Shown here piece after piece: positions 1 to 8,593 of a stretch of DNA of 64,000 nucleotides. Made by a program: the position numbers and the translations under genes. Source of the stretch: a virus; IMG/VR virus record IMGVR_UViG_3300034105_002260, one strand, 5' to 3'. Under the pieces are notes generated by a model. It saw only the letters and a list, made by a program, of their open reading frames with translations, was not told the DNA's origin and searched no databases. The first letter of the stretch is position 1. Every line of letters begins with the position of its first letter.

Positions 1-2
1 CT

Positions 3-644
3 TTAAATGGTCAATGGGGACATTCATTCGCAACATCAATAAATCCTATATGGAACTATTATGGTGTGGGATATGGACTTAGTAGAAATACAGAAAAAAG
101 AACAACAACAATACAAACATTTTATTCTACGGACTTTGATTTCCAAAAAGATATTACACTATCATTCATCGATGTATTCAGAACTAAAAAATGGGGAACA
201 TTTGGATATAGTTTAATTGCATCAAAATCTTTTTGGGGAACATATGAAGGTCAATGGGAAGGAAAATATACAGTAGATGCAAATGGTGATTTTAAAGATT
301 TAATATATCCAATGATACCGGCATCGAGTGAAATGAGTTATAGGGGTATGGCAATGTACACATATACATTCAAAACAAAAAGAGTAAACATCTCACCACA
401 AATATTTGCAATGAGTGATATCTACAAAGTATTCAAAGATGGTACTACATCGGATTTAGCATATGTAGATGATTTCAATTTGGACTTATATTATGGTACA
501 TCTATGGATTGGAAGATAACTAAAAGGTTCATATTAAACACTAACATCAGATATAACACAACTTGGGATAAGTTGTCAGAATCCGTAGGATATAAAAAGG
601 CTAACCCAATCCTATTTATGATAGGAACAAACTTTCAATTTTAA
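3..644 (+). CDS. Outer-membrane beta-barrel-like protein, 5'-truncated; paralog of the C-terminal domain of 4486..5898
   Basis: Frame is open from position 3 (LNGQWGHSF...). Alternating aromatic/hydrophobic strands and C-terminal Phe (GTNFQF). Shares SPQ[IV]F.MS and G.S.D.KI.KRF motifs with 4486..5898. Confidence 0.6.
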   Translation, partial: LNGQWGHSFATSINPIWNYYGVGYGLSRNTEKRTTTIQTFYSTDFDFQKDITLSFIDVFRTKKWGTFGYSLIASKSFWGTYEGQWEGKYTVDANGDFKDLIYPMIPASSEMSYRGMAMYTYTFKTKRVNISPQIFAMSDIYKVFKDGTTSDLAYVDDFNLDLYYGTSMDWKITKRFILNTNIRYNTTWDKLSESVGYKKANPILFMIGTNFQF

Positions 645-991
645 TGAAAAAACTAATATTGATATCGTTGATTTTTTTGGTTGGGTGTACTAAACCTGAG
701 TTACCAATACCAGAGATTAATATCAAAGAAAGGGTATTCGACGTATCCGAAAGTAGTGTAATAAATGGTCAATCTATTTACTTTGATTTACCATCCACAG
801 GTGTTTACACCTTAACTATGACCGATAAAGAAAGTGGACAAGTAATTAGTCGAGAAAGATTTAATGGACAAATTGGTGAAAATATAAAGAAGATTTACAC
901 AAATTCAATACAATCCCAATATTTATATTTAACAATTGAGGACGTTACAAAAAATGAAATAAAAAAAACAATAATAGTATTAAAAAAGTAA
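644..991 (+). CDS. Lipoprotein consisting of a T9SS C-terminal sorting domain-like Ig fold
   Basis: Signal MKKLILISLIFLVG-C. Remainder (YTLTMTDKESGQVISRE...GEN.KKIYTNSI...YLYLTI...KKTIIVLKK) resembles the type A CTD pattern but lacks YPNP. Confidence 0.55.
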   Translation: MKKLILISLIFLVGCTKPELPIPEINIKERVFDVSESSVINGQSIYFDLPSTGVYTLTMTDKESGQVISRERFNGQIGENIKKIYTNSIQSQYLYLTIEDVTKNEIKKTIIVLKK

Positions 992-1001
992 AAAGGACAA
1001 A

Positions 1002-1373
1002 ATGAAAAAAATATTAATTGTATCGATGGGGTTGATTATTCTTGGTGGATGTACTAAGGATGATTTTGTACCTGAAGTTAAACAAATAAAACCAGAATTG
1101 GCTATTACTTCATTATCGGGTATTAAGTTAGAAACCTCATTTGTGACTTCAGAAGTTGCTATGAATGTTAAACTTGTGTCCGCAGGTACTGTAACCATTA
1201 AAATTACAGATATATCAAATAGAGTGGTCTCTAAAGAACAGGTAGAGGTTAAATCAGGTGATAATATATTAAAAATATATACATCGGCACTCCCCCCATC
1301 AGCATATAGAGTTGGTCTTTATGATTCTAATAACAATTTATTAGGAATTACAGATTTCAATAAAATTCAATAA
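1002..1373 (+). CDS. Lipoprotein with T9SS C-terminal sorting domain-like fold
   Basis: Lipobox LGG-C followed by TKDD. VTIKITDISNRVV...GDNILKIYTSALPPSAYRVGL resembles a CTD. Paralog of 644..991. Confidence 0.55.
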   Translation: MKKILIVSMGLIILGGCTKDDFVPEVKQIKPELAITSLSGIKLETSFVTSEVAMNVKLVSAGTVTIKITDISNRVVSKEQVEVKSGDNILKIYTSALPPSAYRVGLYDSNNNLLGITDFNKIQ

Positions 1374-1413
1374 AATTCAATAAATAAAATAAATAAATTA
1401 AAAAACAAATATT

Positions 1414-2097
1414 ATGGCAGACAGAAACGGAGACGGAATAGTTTATCATCGCTCAGATTGTGGAGATAACTACGTAAGATTTTATGGGTTTGGTGGAGAC
1501 GGTCCTTGTTCAACGTGTGAAACGTGGGGACTTACCGATAAAGCAATAAGGTACATACACGACCATCCTGAAATAAATCATAGACTTGAAGATGTCGTGG
1601 GTGGAGAGTGGGATGATAAAGTTGTTCCAATTTTTAAAGAAGCTTATGAAGAAGTAAAAGAAGGTGTAATAGACGCATACAACTGGGCGGATGCAAATGC
1701 TTGTAATATAGGTGTAACAGCCGCAATCTCAGCAGGAATTGTTTATGCCTTCACACCAGAACCAGCAAATCCAGCGGCGGTAGCGACATCAACAACTCTA
1801 TCGGTAATGGCATCAACTATTACTAGTATGGCGGTTAAAGTTGCTGTAGTTGGAGAAATGAGTGAAATAATAAAAGATGCGTTTTTACTAATGCCATATG
1901 TTAGTGATAGTATTGACCACACATTATTAAAAAATATAATTTCAAATTGTTTGGCTAAGAGTTTAGATTCTGCGGCGTTATGGGCAACACCAGCTGGAGT
2001 TGGTATTGCAATTGGGTCAGCATTTGCACCTGTAATAGCAGATTTAATATGTAAAAAAACCTGTCCTGAAGGATTTACTAAAGCGTTTGGTGCATAA
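1414..2097 (+). CDS. Hypothetical Cys-containing protein with hydrophobic Ala/Gly-rich helices, apparently an inserted gene
   Basis: 227-aa ORF flanked by a diverged duplicate of the 3' end of the upstream gene. Confidence 0.6.
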   Translation: MADRNGDGIVYHRSDCGDNYVRFYGFGGDGPCSTCETWGLTDKAIRYIHDHPEINHRLEDVVGGEWDDKVVPIFKEAYEEVKEGVIDAYNWADANACNIGVTAAISAGIVYAFTPEPANPAAVATSTTLSVMASTITSMAVKVAVVGEMSEIIKDAFLLMPYVSDSIDHTLLKNIISNCLAKSLDSAALWATPAGVGIAIGSAFAPVIADLICKKTCPEGFTKAFGA

Positions 2098-2158
2098 TAT
2101 AAAACAATTAGGAATATCAGACTTTAATAAAATAAACTAAAAAATTAAAAAAAATACA

Positions 2159-2470
2159 ATGTCAGAAGAAGTAGAACAATCAGAAGGAACTTGGTCGGGT
2201 TTAAAAAAGACAATAATTGGGGTTGCTGGAACATTAGTAACCGCGGGTGGAGTATGGTTAACAACACTTTTAGGTGGTAGTGACAAAGCAGAACCCGCTC
2301 CAGTACAAGCTGCACCAGTAATTAATATTACAAATTCACAAACTCAACAACAAGCTGCAGGTGGTGGTAAAACTGTTATAATTAAAGAAAAAGAAACAGT
2401 TAAAGAACCCGCTAAGCCCGTTAAAAAGAAAGACGGTGACGAATTTAAAGAGGAAGCACCTAAGTGGTAA
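2159..2470 (+). CDS. Single-pass membrane protein
   Basis: TM segment IIGVAGTLVTAGGVWLTTLLGG followed by a low-complexity tail. Confidence 0.65.
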   Translation: MSEEVEQSEGTWSGLKKTIIGVAGTLVTAGGVWLTTLLGGSDKAEPAPVQAAPVINITNSQTQQQAAGGGKTVIIKEKETVKEPAKPVKKKDGDEFKEEAPKW

Positions 2471-2551
2471 TATATTACCAAATAGGAACGATATTATTCT
2501 TTATGGGATTAATATCATTCTTAATAAAATGTAGTTTTAAATTAAAAAAAG

Positions 2552-3181
2552 ATGAGTGAAAAACAACAACCACCAAGTGGTTTTAAGGATTTATTAAGTA
2601 ATATGATGGCCAGAAGATGGTACATCACCGCATTGGTATTGGGTGGTTTTATGTTTATAATAGGAGGAATGTTCTTCGCTATATTAAATAAATCAGCAAT
2701 TGAAGGAGAATGGAAAGAACTTCTATTATTGTTATTGGGGGCATTCATTGGTAGTTATGGTAAAATCATTGACTATTGGTTTAGTGATACTGATAAGGAT
2801 AAGATGTTAGTTCAAAAAATGGATGAAGAAGATGGTACAACATTAAGTAATACCGCCGATTTACCAGATACCCCACCAAACAATACACCAATTATACCTG
2901 AAGCATTTCAAACCGCTATTCAAAACTCAAAAATTGAAAAGGTAAACGATACATTTGAACAAGTACCAACTACCCAACCAAGAACAGGTATTGAAGTTGA
3001 TGAAGATGGTGATGGTATAATGGATGGTATTGATTTCGATGGTGATGGTAAAATCGATATGTATTTCGCACACAGACAATGTGAACACGTTTGGGGTGAC
3101 TTAGATGGTGATGGAACTGAAGAATGCTTAAAATGTGGTAAGGTTAAAGACGAAATGGCCGAAATACACATAGAAGGATAA
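2552..3181 (+). CDS. Two-TM membrane protein with C-terminal DxDxDG calcium-binding-like motifs
   Basis: Two hydrophobic helices; DEDGDG, DFDGDG and DLDGDG motifs; CEH...CLKC. Confidence 0.65.
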   Translation: MSEKQQPPSGFKDLLSNMMARRWYITALVLGGFMFIIGGMFFAILNKSAIEGEWKELLLLLLGAFIGSYGKIIDYWFSDTDKDKMLVQKMDEEDGTTLSNTADLPDTPPNNTPIIPEAFQTAIQNSKIEKVNDTFEQVPTTQPRTGIEVDEDGDGIMDGIDFDGDGKIDMYFAHRQCEHVWGDLDGDGTEECLKCGKVKDEMAEIHIEG

Positions 3182-3211
3182 TAAACACAAAAAACACAAA
3201 AAACACAAATT

Positions 3212-3484
3212 ATGGGATTTTTAAAAGAATTATTTAACGACAGCAACACAATTAACGAAAAGTCAGTTGTGGGATTTTCATCATTTATCTGTATGGTTAT
3301 CGCTTTAGCGGTTGATCTTATTACGGGATATTTTGGAAAACCATTAGTAATCAACGAATTTATATTCAACGGATTCTTAGTAATAACACTAGGTGCCTTT
3401 GGTATTGCATCGGTTGATAAGTACATAAATAACAAACACAACAAACCAGACGAAGAAACTGAAGAAGTTGAAAATGAAGGTTAA
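3212..3484 (+). CDS. Small two-TM membrane protein (holin-like topology)
   Basis: Two TM helices and a charged C-terminal tail. Confidence 0.5.
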   Translation: MGFLKELFNDSNTINEKSVVGFSSFICMVIALAVDLITGYFGKPLVINEFIFNGFLVITLGAFGIASVDKYINNKHNKPDEETEEVENEG

Positions 3485-3511
3485 AAAAGGGGGAGTTTTA
3501 CTCCCCTTTTT
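3485..3511 (+). terminator. Intrinsic terminator
   Basis: aaaaggggGAGttttaCTCccctttt hairpin with flanking A and T tracts. Confidence 0.75.
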
Positions 3512-3512
3512 G

Positions 3513-3520
3513 TATTTATA
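3513..3520 (+). promoter_or_regulatory. Putative late promoter TATTTATA for the CsgG-FeoA-barrel operon
   Basis: Same motif precedes the structural genes. Confidence 0.6.
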
Positions 3521-3536
3521 AATAAGATAAAAAATT

Positions 3537-4256
3537 ATGAAAAAAATATTAATATTATTGGTTTGTGTGTTGATTGGGTTTACCTCCAACTCCCAAACTA
3601 TAGGTAAAACTCAAACAGAACAATATAAAGCATCATTTGAAACAGCTATGGATATATCTAAATTTTTAGATTATGATGGTCCACAAATACCTATTCAAAT
3701 ATTAAAGGCTGGTATTTCAGACGAGATGTATGAGATGTATCCAGAACTTAAAGAAAAACGTGTTGGTTTAGGTGTTGCAAATATTTCTATGGAATATCTT
3801 GAAAACCTAAATAGATTCAAATTTACCGAGGATAAGACAGAAATTAAGAATAGAATGGTTAAACAATTCCAAGCATCTCAATCAGGAATTTCTGAAAATA
3901 AATTAGACGGTAGAGGTAAAATTAATTTAGCGGAATATTTTGTAACTATCGAATGTTATGATTATTCAGTATCTGAAGATGAAACAATTAACATACAAAA
4001 CGGTGTGAAAAATTTAATGGTTACTCGTATTGGTTTACAGGTTAGATTTACAAATGCGGAAACTGGTGTTGTATTTGGAGCATCAGGATTAGGTGAGGCC
4101 AAAACAACAAGAGAATTAACGTTATTATCAGATGCAACCGTAGATGAAATGAAGTTCAATCAATCAACAATATCAATTGCAACTAAAAAAGCTTTAGATA
4201 TTGCTTGTGCTAGAATATTAGATAGAATGATTAAAAAACAAATATTTTTAAAATAA
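3537..4256 (+). CDS. CsgG/HfaB-family (curli transport channel-like) protein
   Basis: Signal peptide; GLGVANI..E.L.NLNRF, G.INLAEYFV, IGLQVRFTNAETG and FNQSTISIATKKAL match the CsgG-like pattern. Confidence 0.7.
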   Translation: MKKILILLVCVLIGFTSNSQTIGKTQTEQYKASFETAMDISKFLDYDGPQIPIQILKAGISDEMYEMYPELKEKRVGLGVANISMEYLENLNRFKFTEDKTEIKNRMVKQFQASQSGISENKLDGRGKINLAEYFVTIECYDYSVSEDETINIQNGVKNLMVTRIGLQVRFTNAETGVVFGASGLGEAKTTRELTLLSDATVDEMKFNQSTISIATKKALDIACARILDRMIKKQIFLK

Positions 4257-4489
4257 TGTCACAAGAAGTTATAGATGTACCACAATCAATAAATTGTGAA
4301 AATTGTAATCCTTGTATTAGACTGAGATTAATGGAATTAGGTTTTATACAGGGTCAAGAAATTGAAGTTGGTGGTGAAAAATTAGGACTTCATATTGTAC
4401 ATCTTTTATCCAATAATGGTACTATTTCACAAACAATCGCACTAAGAAAAGAAGAATTAGGTAGAATCTGCCTAAAAGAAAAAAAATGA
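4256..4489 (+). CDS. FeoA-family SH3 protein with N-terminal CxxCxxC
   Basis: RLRLMELGFIQGQEIEV...IALRKEEL matches the FeoA signature. Confidence 0.7.
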   Translation: MSQEVIDVPQSINCENCNPCIRLRLMELGFIQGQEIEVGGEKLGLHIVHLLSNNGTISQTIALRKEELGRICLKEKK

Positions 4490-5898
4490 AAAAATGTTAT
4501 ATCCTATTTTTATTCTTTTTATTCCTACTATCATTTCAAAACGTAAATGGTCAGTCTGTCGTTACACAAACTTTTATTGATAAATGTAGTGGAGAAGTAA
4601 AATTTGCAACTACCACATATATTAATGGACAGGCGGTCATAAGTTTTTATAATCAAATTAAAACATTCACACAAGCAGAAGTTAATGCTGGAGTTGCTCA
4701 AATTTGGTTATTATCCGTTAAGACATCTTATGAAGCAATAACCTGTCCAGTGAATAATCCAGTAGTAACACAAACCGTACAACAAACAGTAAGTCAAGCT
4801 GCAGCCGCAGCAGCGGCCGCCGCCGCAAGTTCTGCAGCGTCCTCAGCCGCATCCTCGGCAGCAAGTTCTGCGGCATCTTCATCAGCATCATCCGCGGCAA
4901 GTAGTAGTGCAAGTTCTGCAGCTGCAAGTTCTGCGTCAACCCCACCAAGTACTGGGTCATCAGCACCACCAAGTGGTGGAAGTAGTAACTCGTCATCAAG
5001 TGGAAGTAGTTCATCCTCATCAAGTGGAGGATCATCTGAATCTAAAACAGAAACTAAAACTGAATCAAAATCGGAAAGTAGTTCAGAATCAAAAAGTGAA
5101 TCAAAGTCAGAGAGTAAAAGTGAAGAAAAGAAAGAAGAATCTAAATCCGAATCTAAAGAAGAAAATAAGGAAGAGAAAAAATCTGACGAAAAGAAAGAAG
5201 AAAAGAAGGAAGAGAAAAAAGAAGAAAAAAAGAAACAACAAAATATGAACCCGATGCTTTTAGCGTCAGATTTAACAAGTGCACAATCTATAGATGGAAG
5301 ATATAGTGTAATGTTATCTATGGGTGTAAGTAAAACATCTATGGCAGGAGATAAGTCATTTGGTGTTAGTGGAATTGTATGGTCAACATTAGATCAGTAT
5401 GTTGTTTCATCAAGTTATACCAAAATGGATTTTAGTAATGGTAAATTGAATGCAATTCACTCGTATGGTGCGTCGGTAGCATATTTGAAAGGTACTTGGA
5501 TGACTCTTACAACATATACATTTATAAAACCAGATCCTAAAATTGGTACCTATGGTGTTAACGTTGGCGGAATTGGTTTATTAACTGAAAATTTAGAAGG
5601 TAAACGAGATATTAGTATTTCAACATCTTTAGTTGGTTTTTGGACTAAACCATTTCAATATAGTAAAAAATTAACATTATCCCCACAGGTTTTTGTAATG
5701 TCATCACCAATAAGTTATCAACCATCTGTAGGTTCAACTAATATTAATAGAACTATTGGGTTTTTGATTGGTAGTAGTTTTGATTATAAAATTTCAAAAC
5801 GTTTTGGTTTTAGTTTTAATTATAAGGCAAATTTCAGTACTGATCCAGGTTCTCAATTATTACACAATTTCTTGGTTGGGTCGAGGGTAATACTTTAA
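4486..5898 (+). CDS. Secreted/outer-membrane protein: signal peptide, N-domain, Ala/Ser and Glu/Lys low-complexity stalk, C-terminal beta-barrel-like domain
   Basis: Hydrophobic N-terminus, (SSAA)n and EEKK repeats, amphipathic strands. Confidence 0.65.
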   Translation: MKKCYILFLFFLFLLSFQNVNGQSVVTQTFIDKCSGEVKFATTTYINGQAVISFYNQIKTFTQAEVNAGVAQIWLLSVKTSYEAITCPVNNPVVTQTVQQTVSQAAAAAAAAAASSAASSAASSAASSAASSSASSAASSSASSAAASSASTPPSTGSSAPPSGGSSNSSSSGSSSSSSSGGSSESKTETKTESKSESSSESKSESKSESKSEEKKEESKSESKEENKEEKKSDEKKEEKKEEKKEEKKKQQNMNPMLLASDLTSAQSIDGRYSVMLSMGVSKTSMAGDKSFGVSGIVWSTLDQYVVSSSYTKMDFSNGKLNAIHSYGASVAYLKGTWMTLTTYTFIKPDPKIGTYGVNVGGIGLLTENLEGKRDISISTSLVGFWTKPFQYSKKLTLSPQVFVMSSPISYQPSVGSTNINRTIGFLIGSSFDYKISKRFGFSFNYKANFSTDPGSQLLHNFLVGSRVIL

Positions 5899-5912
5899 TA
5901 TGTTCCAAAAAT

Positions 5913-5942
5913 AAAATCCCCAGTAGAAACCGGGGATTTTTT
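5913..5942. terminator. Bidirectional intrinsic terminator
   Basis: aaaatcccc-agtagaaacc-ggggatttt between convergent genes. Confidence 0.75.
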
Positions 5943-6011
5943 GGGACAAAATAAATAAATGTATCTTACGATAATCTATTAATCTATAAATAAAATTATA
6001 ATTAATCTAAA

Positions 6012-6344
6012 TTAAAAAGTCAAGTCTTTTTTTAAAGAAACAATTTCTGAACAAGTTTCATAGTCTTCCATATTTTCAAAATATGGCATTACGTCCCTTG
6101 TAAGGATGATAGTTTCATCTCTTTTAAAGGTAAATTCCGTATCCCAATCAAGACCCCTAATTTTAGCCGATATTTGTAGGTTAAGACTTTTTTTCCTACC
6201 GTTCTTAAATTCACCAAATAACTCAATAATTGATTTGTAAATTTCGGTTTTGTTTTCGTCATAAAAATCTGTAAAATCGTTATACCTTCCTTCGAAAGAT
6301 AGTTCTTTAAACACATTTGAACTTTTTTTGGATTTAATTTGCAT
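6012..6344 (-). CDS. Hypothetical protein
   Basis: 110-aa ORF ending in EDYETCSEI (UVR-like helix). Confidence 0.6.
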   Translation of the reverse strand: MQIKSKKSSNVFKELSFEGRYNDFTDFYDENKTEIYKSIIELFGEFKNGRKKSLNLQISAKIRGLDWDTEFTFKRDETIILTRDVMPYFENMEDYETCSEIVSLKKDLTF

Positions 6345-6412
6345 ATGGGTTGGTTTAGTAAGTTTATTTGGTAAAATTAGGTAAATTTATTTAACTGCAA
6401 AATTAATTTTAC

Positions 6413-6889
6413 TTATTTTTTAATTCTTTTCCACCTCGCCTCTCGTGCCTCCGGACTCAACATAAAGACCTCCTCAATTCTATGTGGTATTTCATTTCTA
6501 CCACAACTTTCAGTTAACTTACAATTCTTCAAATAATTGTTAATATAACCCATCATATTATGACTACCAATTGGGTTTGCTGAATGTACGTATATTGGAG
6601 GTAAAGGAATGTTAATGTCCATACTAAGATTGACTAAAAATTTACAACAATCATATCCAGTTTTTTCTTCTATGTTTTCGTAATTGAGTTTGTAATTGTC
6701 TTTTACGTTATTATAGTATTCAATCATTGCACTCTCACCTAAGTCGTGATCCAAAGATATCCTCCCAACGTTATCTAATCCGTGTGTTTCAATTAAAGAT
6801 ACAAACTGATAGTAGTCCCTGGCAACTATCCAACCATCTTCTAATGGGGTCCTTACGTCGTCTAGATATATGTTAATTTTATTGTTCAT
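6413..6889 (-). CDS. Cyclic-phosphate-processing receiver-like domain protein
   Basis: YLDDVR.P, ISLDHDLG, TGYD, VHSANP.G motifs; coupled to an RNA ligase gene. Confidence 0.75.
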   Translation of the reverse strand: MNNKINIYLDDVRTPLEDGWIVARDYYQFVSLIETHGLDNVGRISLDHDLGESAMIEYYNNVKDNYKLNYENIEEKTGYDCCKFLVNLSMDINIPLPPIYVHSANPIGSHNMMGYINNYLKNCKLTESCGRNEIPHRIEEVFMLSPEAREARWKRIKK

Positions 6890-8084
6890 TCTTAAATGGT
6901 TTTGAATATTTTGGTTTAACAGATTTCCAGATTATTTCGTCTACTTTGGAATAATTTTTATCCCACATTGAAAATAGTATCGGTCTTAAAATTTCTTCTT
7001 GTTTCATTGCAAATTCAGCAAATTCTTTTTTAGATGGTTCTGAGTCCTTGTCATTAAATTTACCATATCTAAAACCATCGTGTAATTTACCTGCTCGTTC
7101 TCTTAATTGAAAACATCCATATCTTAAATCTCTAACGGTGGTTTTTACCCACTCATTAAATTCATCTGGAACTTTTTCTAGTAATTCATCAAATGGTTTA
7201 TTATCTTTCAGATATTCCCATATATCTTTATTTGATATATTTGTAATAATTCTATGTAACCTAACATATTCCTCTCCCTTAATTTTGATTCTACTAATTG
7301 GTTTAGTGTTAAATCTTAACACATATCCTTCATTGTCGTTTGATATATTATTTTTTAGTGATTCAATATCATCACCTAAATTATATGATTTAACAAGTTC
7401 AAACCCGCACCCACGAATTAGACCATCACTATGTTCTAATGGCATTTCAAAATCATCAATCATAGTATGAACAATACCAAGTAAGATTAATTTTTCTTCG
7501 GGGCCGTAATTAACAACTATTCTATTTTCTGGATATATTATTTCAAATAGATATGTGTATCCAGGATGTAAAGAATCTATATTATACTTTTTTAAAATTT
7601 CAGCACCTTTAATCGCTTGTTCTGATGTGAACGATCCTCTCGAAGCAAAAACCCAATCACCTTTTGTTTTTGGGGTTGGTTCATAGTATGGGTTATCATA
7701 ATCAGGTAAATTGTTTGAATCAAAGAACCTTTCCATACCAGTTTCATAGTTGTTATTAAACCATATGTTATATCTTTTTTCGTCGGTTAATTCTTCTTCA
7801 TAATAAAAAAGTATACCTAACGATCCATCCATTTTCTCATAAACTTTAAATTCACCACTAGGTGGTGAATCCATTTCTTCTAAGTTAAAGAATTTTTTAA
7901 ATGGTCTCGCAACTATTTGACCTTTTGAATCGGTAACCAATCCACGACACTGCATAGTAATGTCATCCCATAGTTTTTCATATTGAACTTTTTGGGAATA
8001 ATTCCAAATAGTTAAATCTTTAGTTGGGTGAGTTTGTTTTATTAACAAACCATCTGCGTAATATTTTTCTAATTTTTCTAACAC
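6879..8084 (-). CDS. T4 Rnl1-like RNA ligase
   Basis: QCRGLV, ARPFKKFFN, adenylation motif EKMDGSLG, FEIIYPENRIVV, EGYV, KIKGEEY. Confidence 0.9.
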   Translation of the reverse strand: MLEKLEKYYADGLLIKQTHPTKDLTIWNYSQKVQYEKLWDDITMQCRGLVTDSKGQIVARPFKKFFNLEEMDSPPSGEFKVYEKMDGSLGILFYYEEELTDEKRYNIWFNNNYETGMERFFDSNNLPDYDNPYYEPTPKTKGDWVFASRGSFTSEQAIKGAEILKKYNIDSLHPGYTYLFEIIYPENRIVVNYGPEEKLILLGIVHTMIDDFEMPLEHSDGLIRGCGFELVKSYNLGDDIESLKNNISNDNEGYVLRFNTKPISRIKIKGEEYVRLHRIITNISNKDIWEYLKDNKPFDELLEKVPDEFNEWVKTTVRDLRYGCFQLRERAGKLHDGFRYGKFNDKDSEPSKKEFAEFAMKQEEILRPILFSMWDKNYSKVDEIIWKSVKPKYSKPFKNEQ

Positions 8085-8161
8085 AACTCTTTATTAAAGG
8101 TTTGTTTCTTTTTTGGTTTGGGTGAACAGTATTAATAAACGAACTAATAAATTGACTCATT

Positions 8162-8593
8162 TTAGAGTTTAATTTCAAATCTATTTTTCATTTGTTCCAA
8201 TTTTTCGTCTGGAACACTGTGGACGTTTTTACTTTCGTGTCTATTTTCTACAATAACAGTATGTACTCTGTATTTGTATCTTTCCGCCATTTGATAGTAT
8301 GTGTCCATTTCCCATTTTTCGGTGAAAGTATTTGCAATAACAATTCTAGAAATTTCTAATTTCATTCTTTCGGCACATTTTTGTTGACAATCGTTATGTG
8401 CTTGTTTTAATTTAGTTGCATCAAAATTATAATTTCCTTTATCATCCATAAAGAAATTATCCGCAGATAGTACATCGGGGGTATTAGACCCTGGACAGTG
8501 TAGAATTATATCACCTAACGATGATTTGCCACTTCCAGGTAATCCTCTTAATAATATTAAGTCACCAGTATATTCTTTGTCCTCCATATTCAT
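8162..8593 (-). CDS. P-loop polynucleotide kinase-like protein (AAA_33)
   Basis: LLRGLPGSGKS, SADNFF, ANTF, HSVP...M..RF. Confidence 0.8.
   Translation of the reverse strand: MNMEDKEYTGDLILLRGLPGSGKSSLGDIILHCPGSNTPDVLSADNFFMDDKGNYNFDATKLKQAHNDCQQKCAERMKLEISRIVIANTFTEKWEMDTYYQMAERYKYRVHTVIVENRHESKNVHSVPDEKLEQMKNRFEIKL

Noticed and set aside
3212-3484. Lysis cassette
   Set aside because: Holin-like topology only; no endolysin or spanin recognisable nearby.
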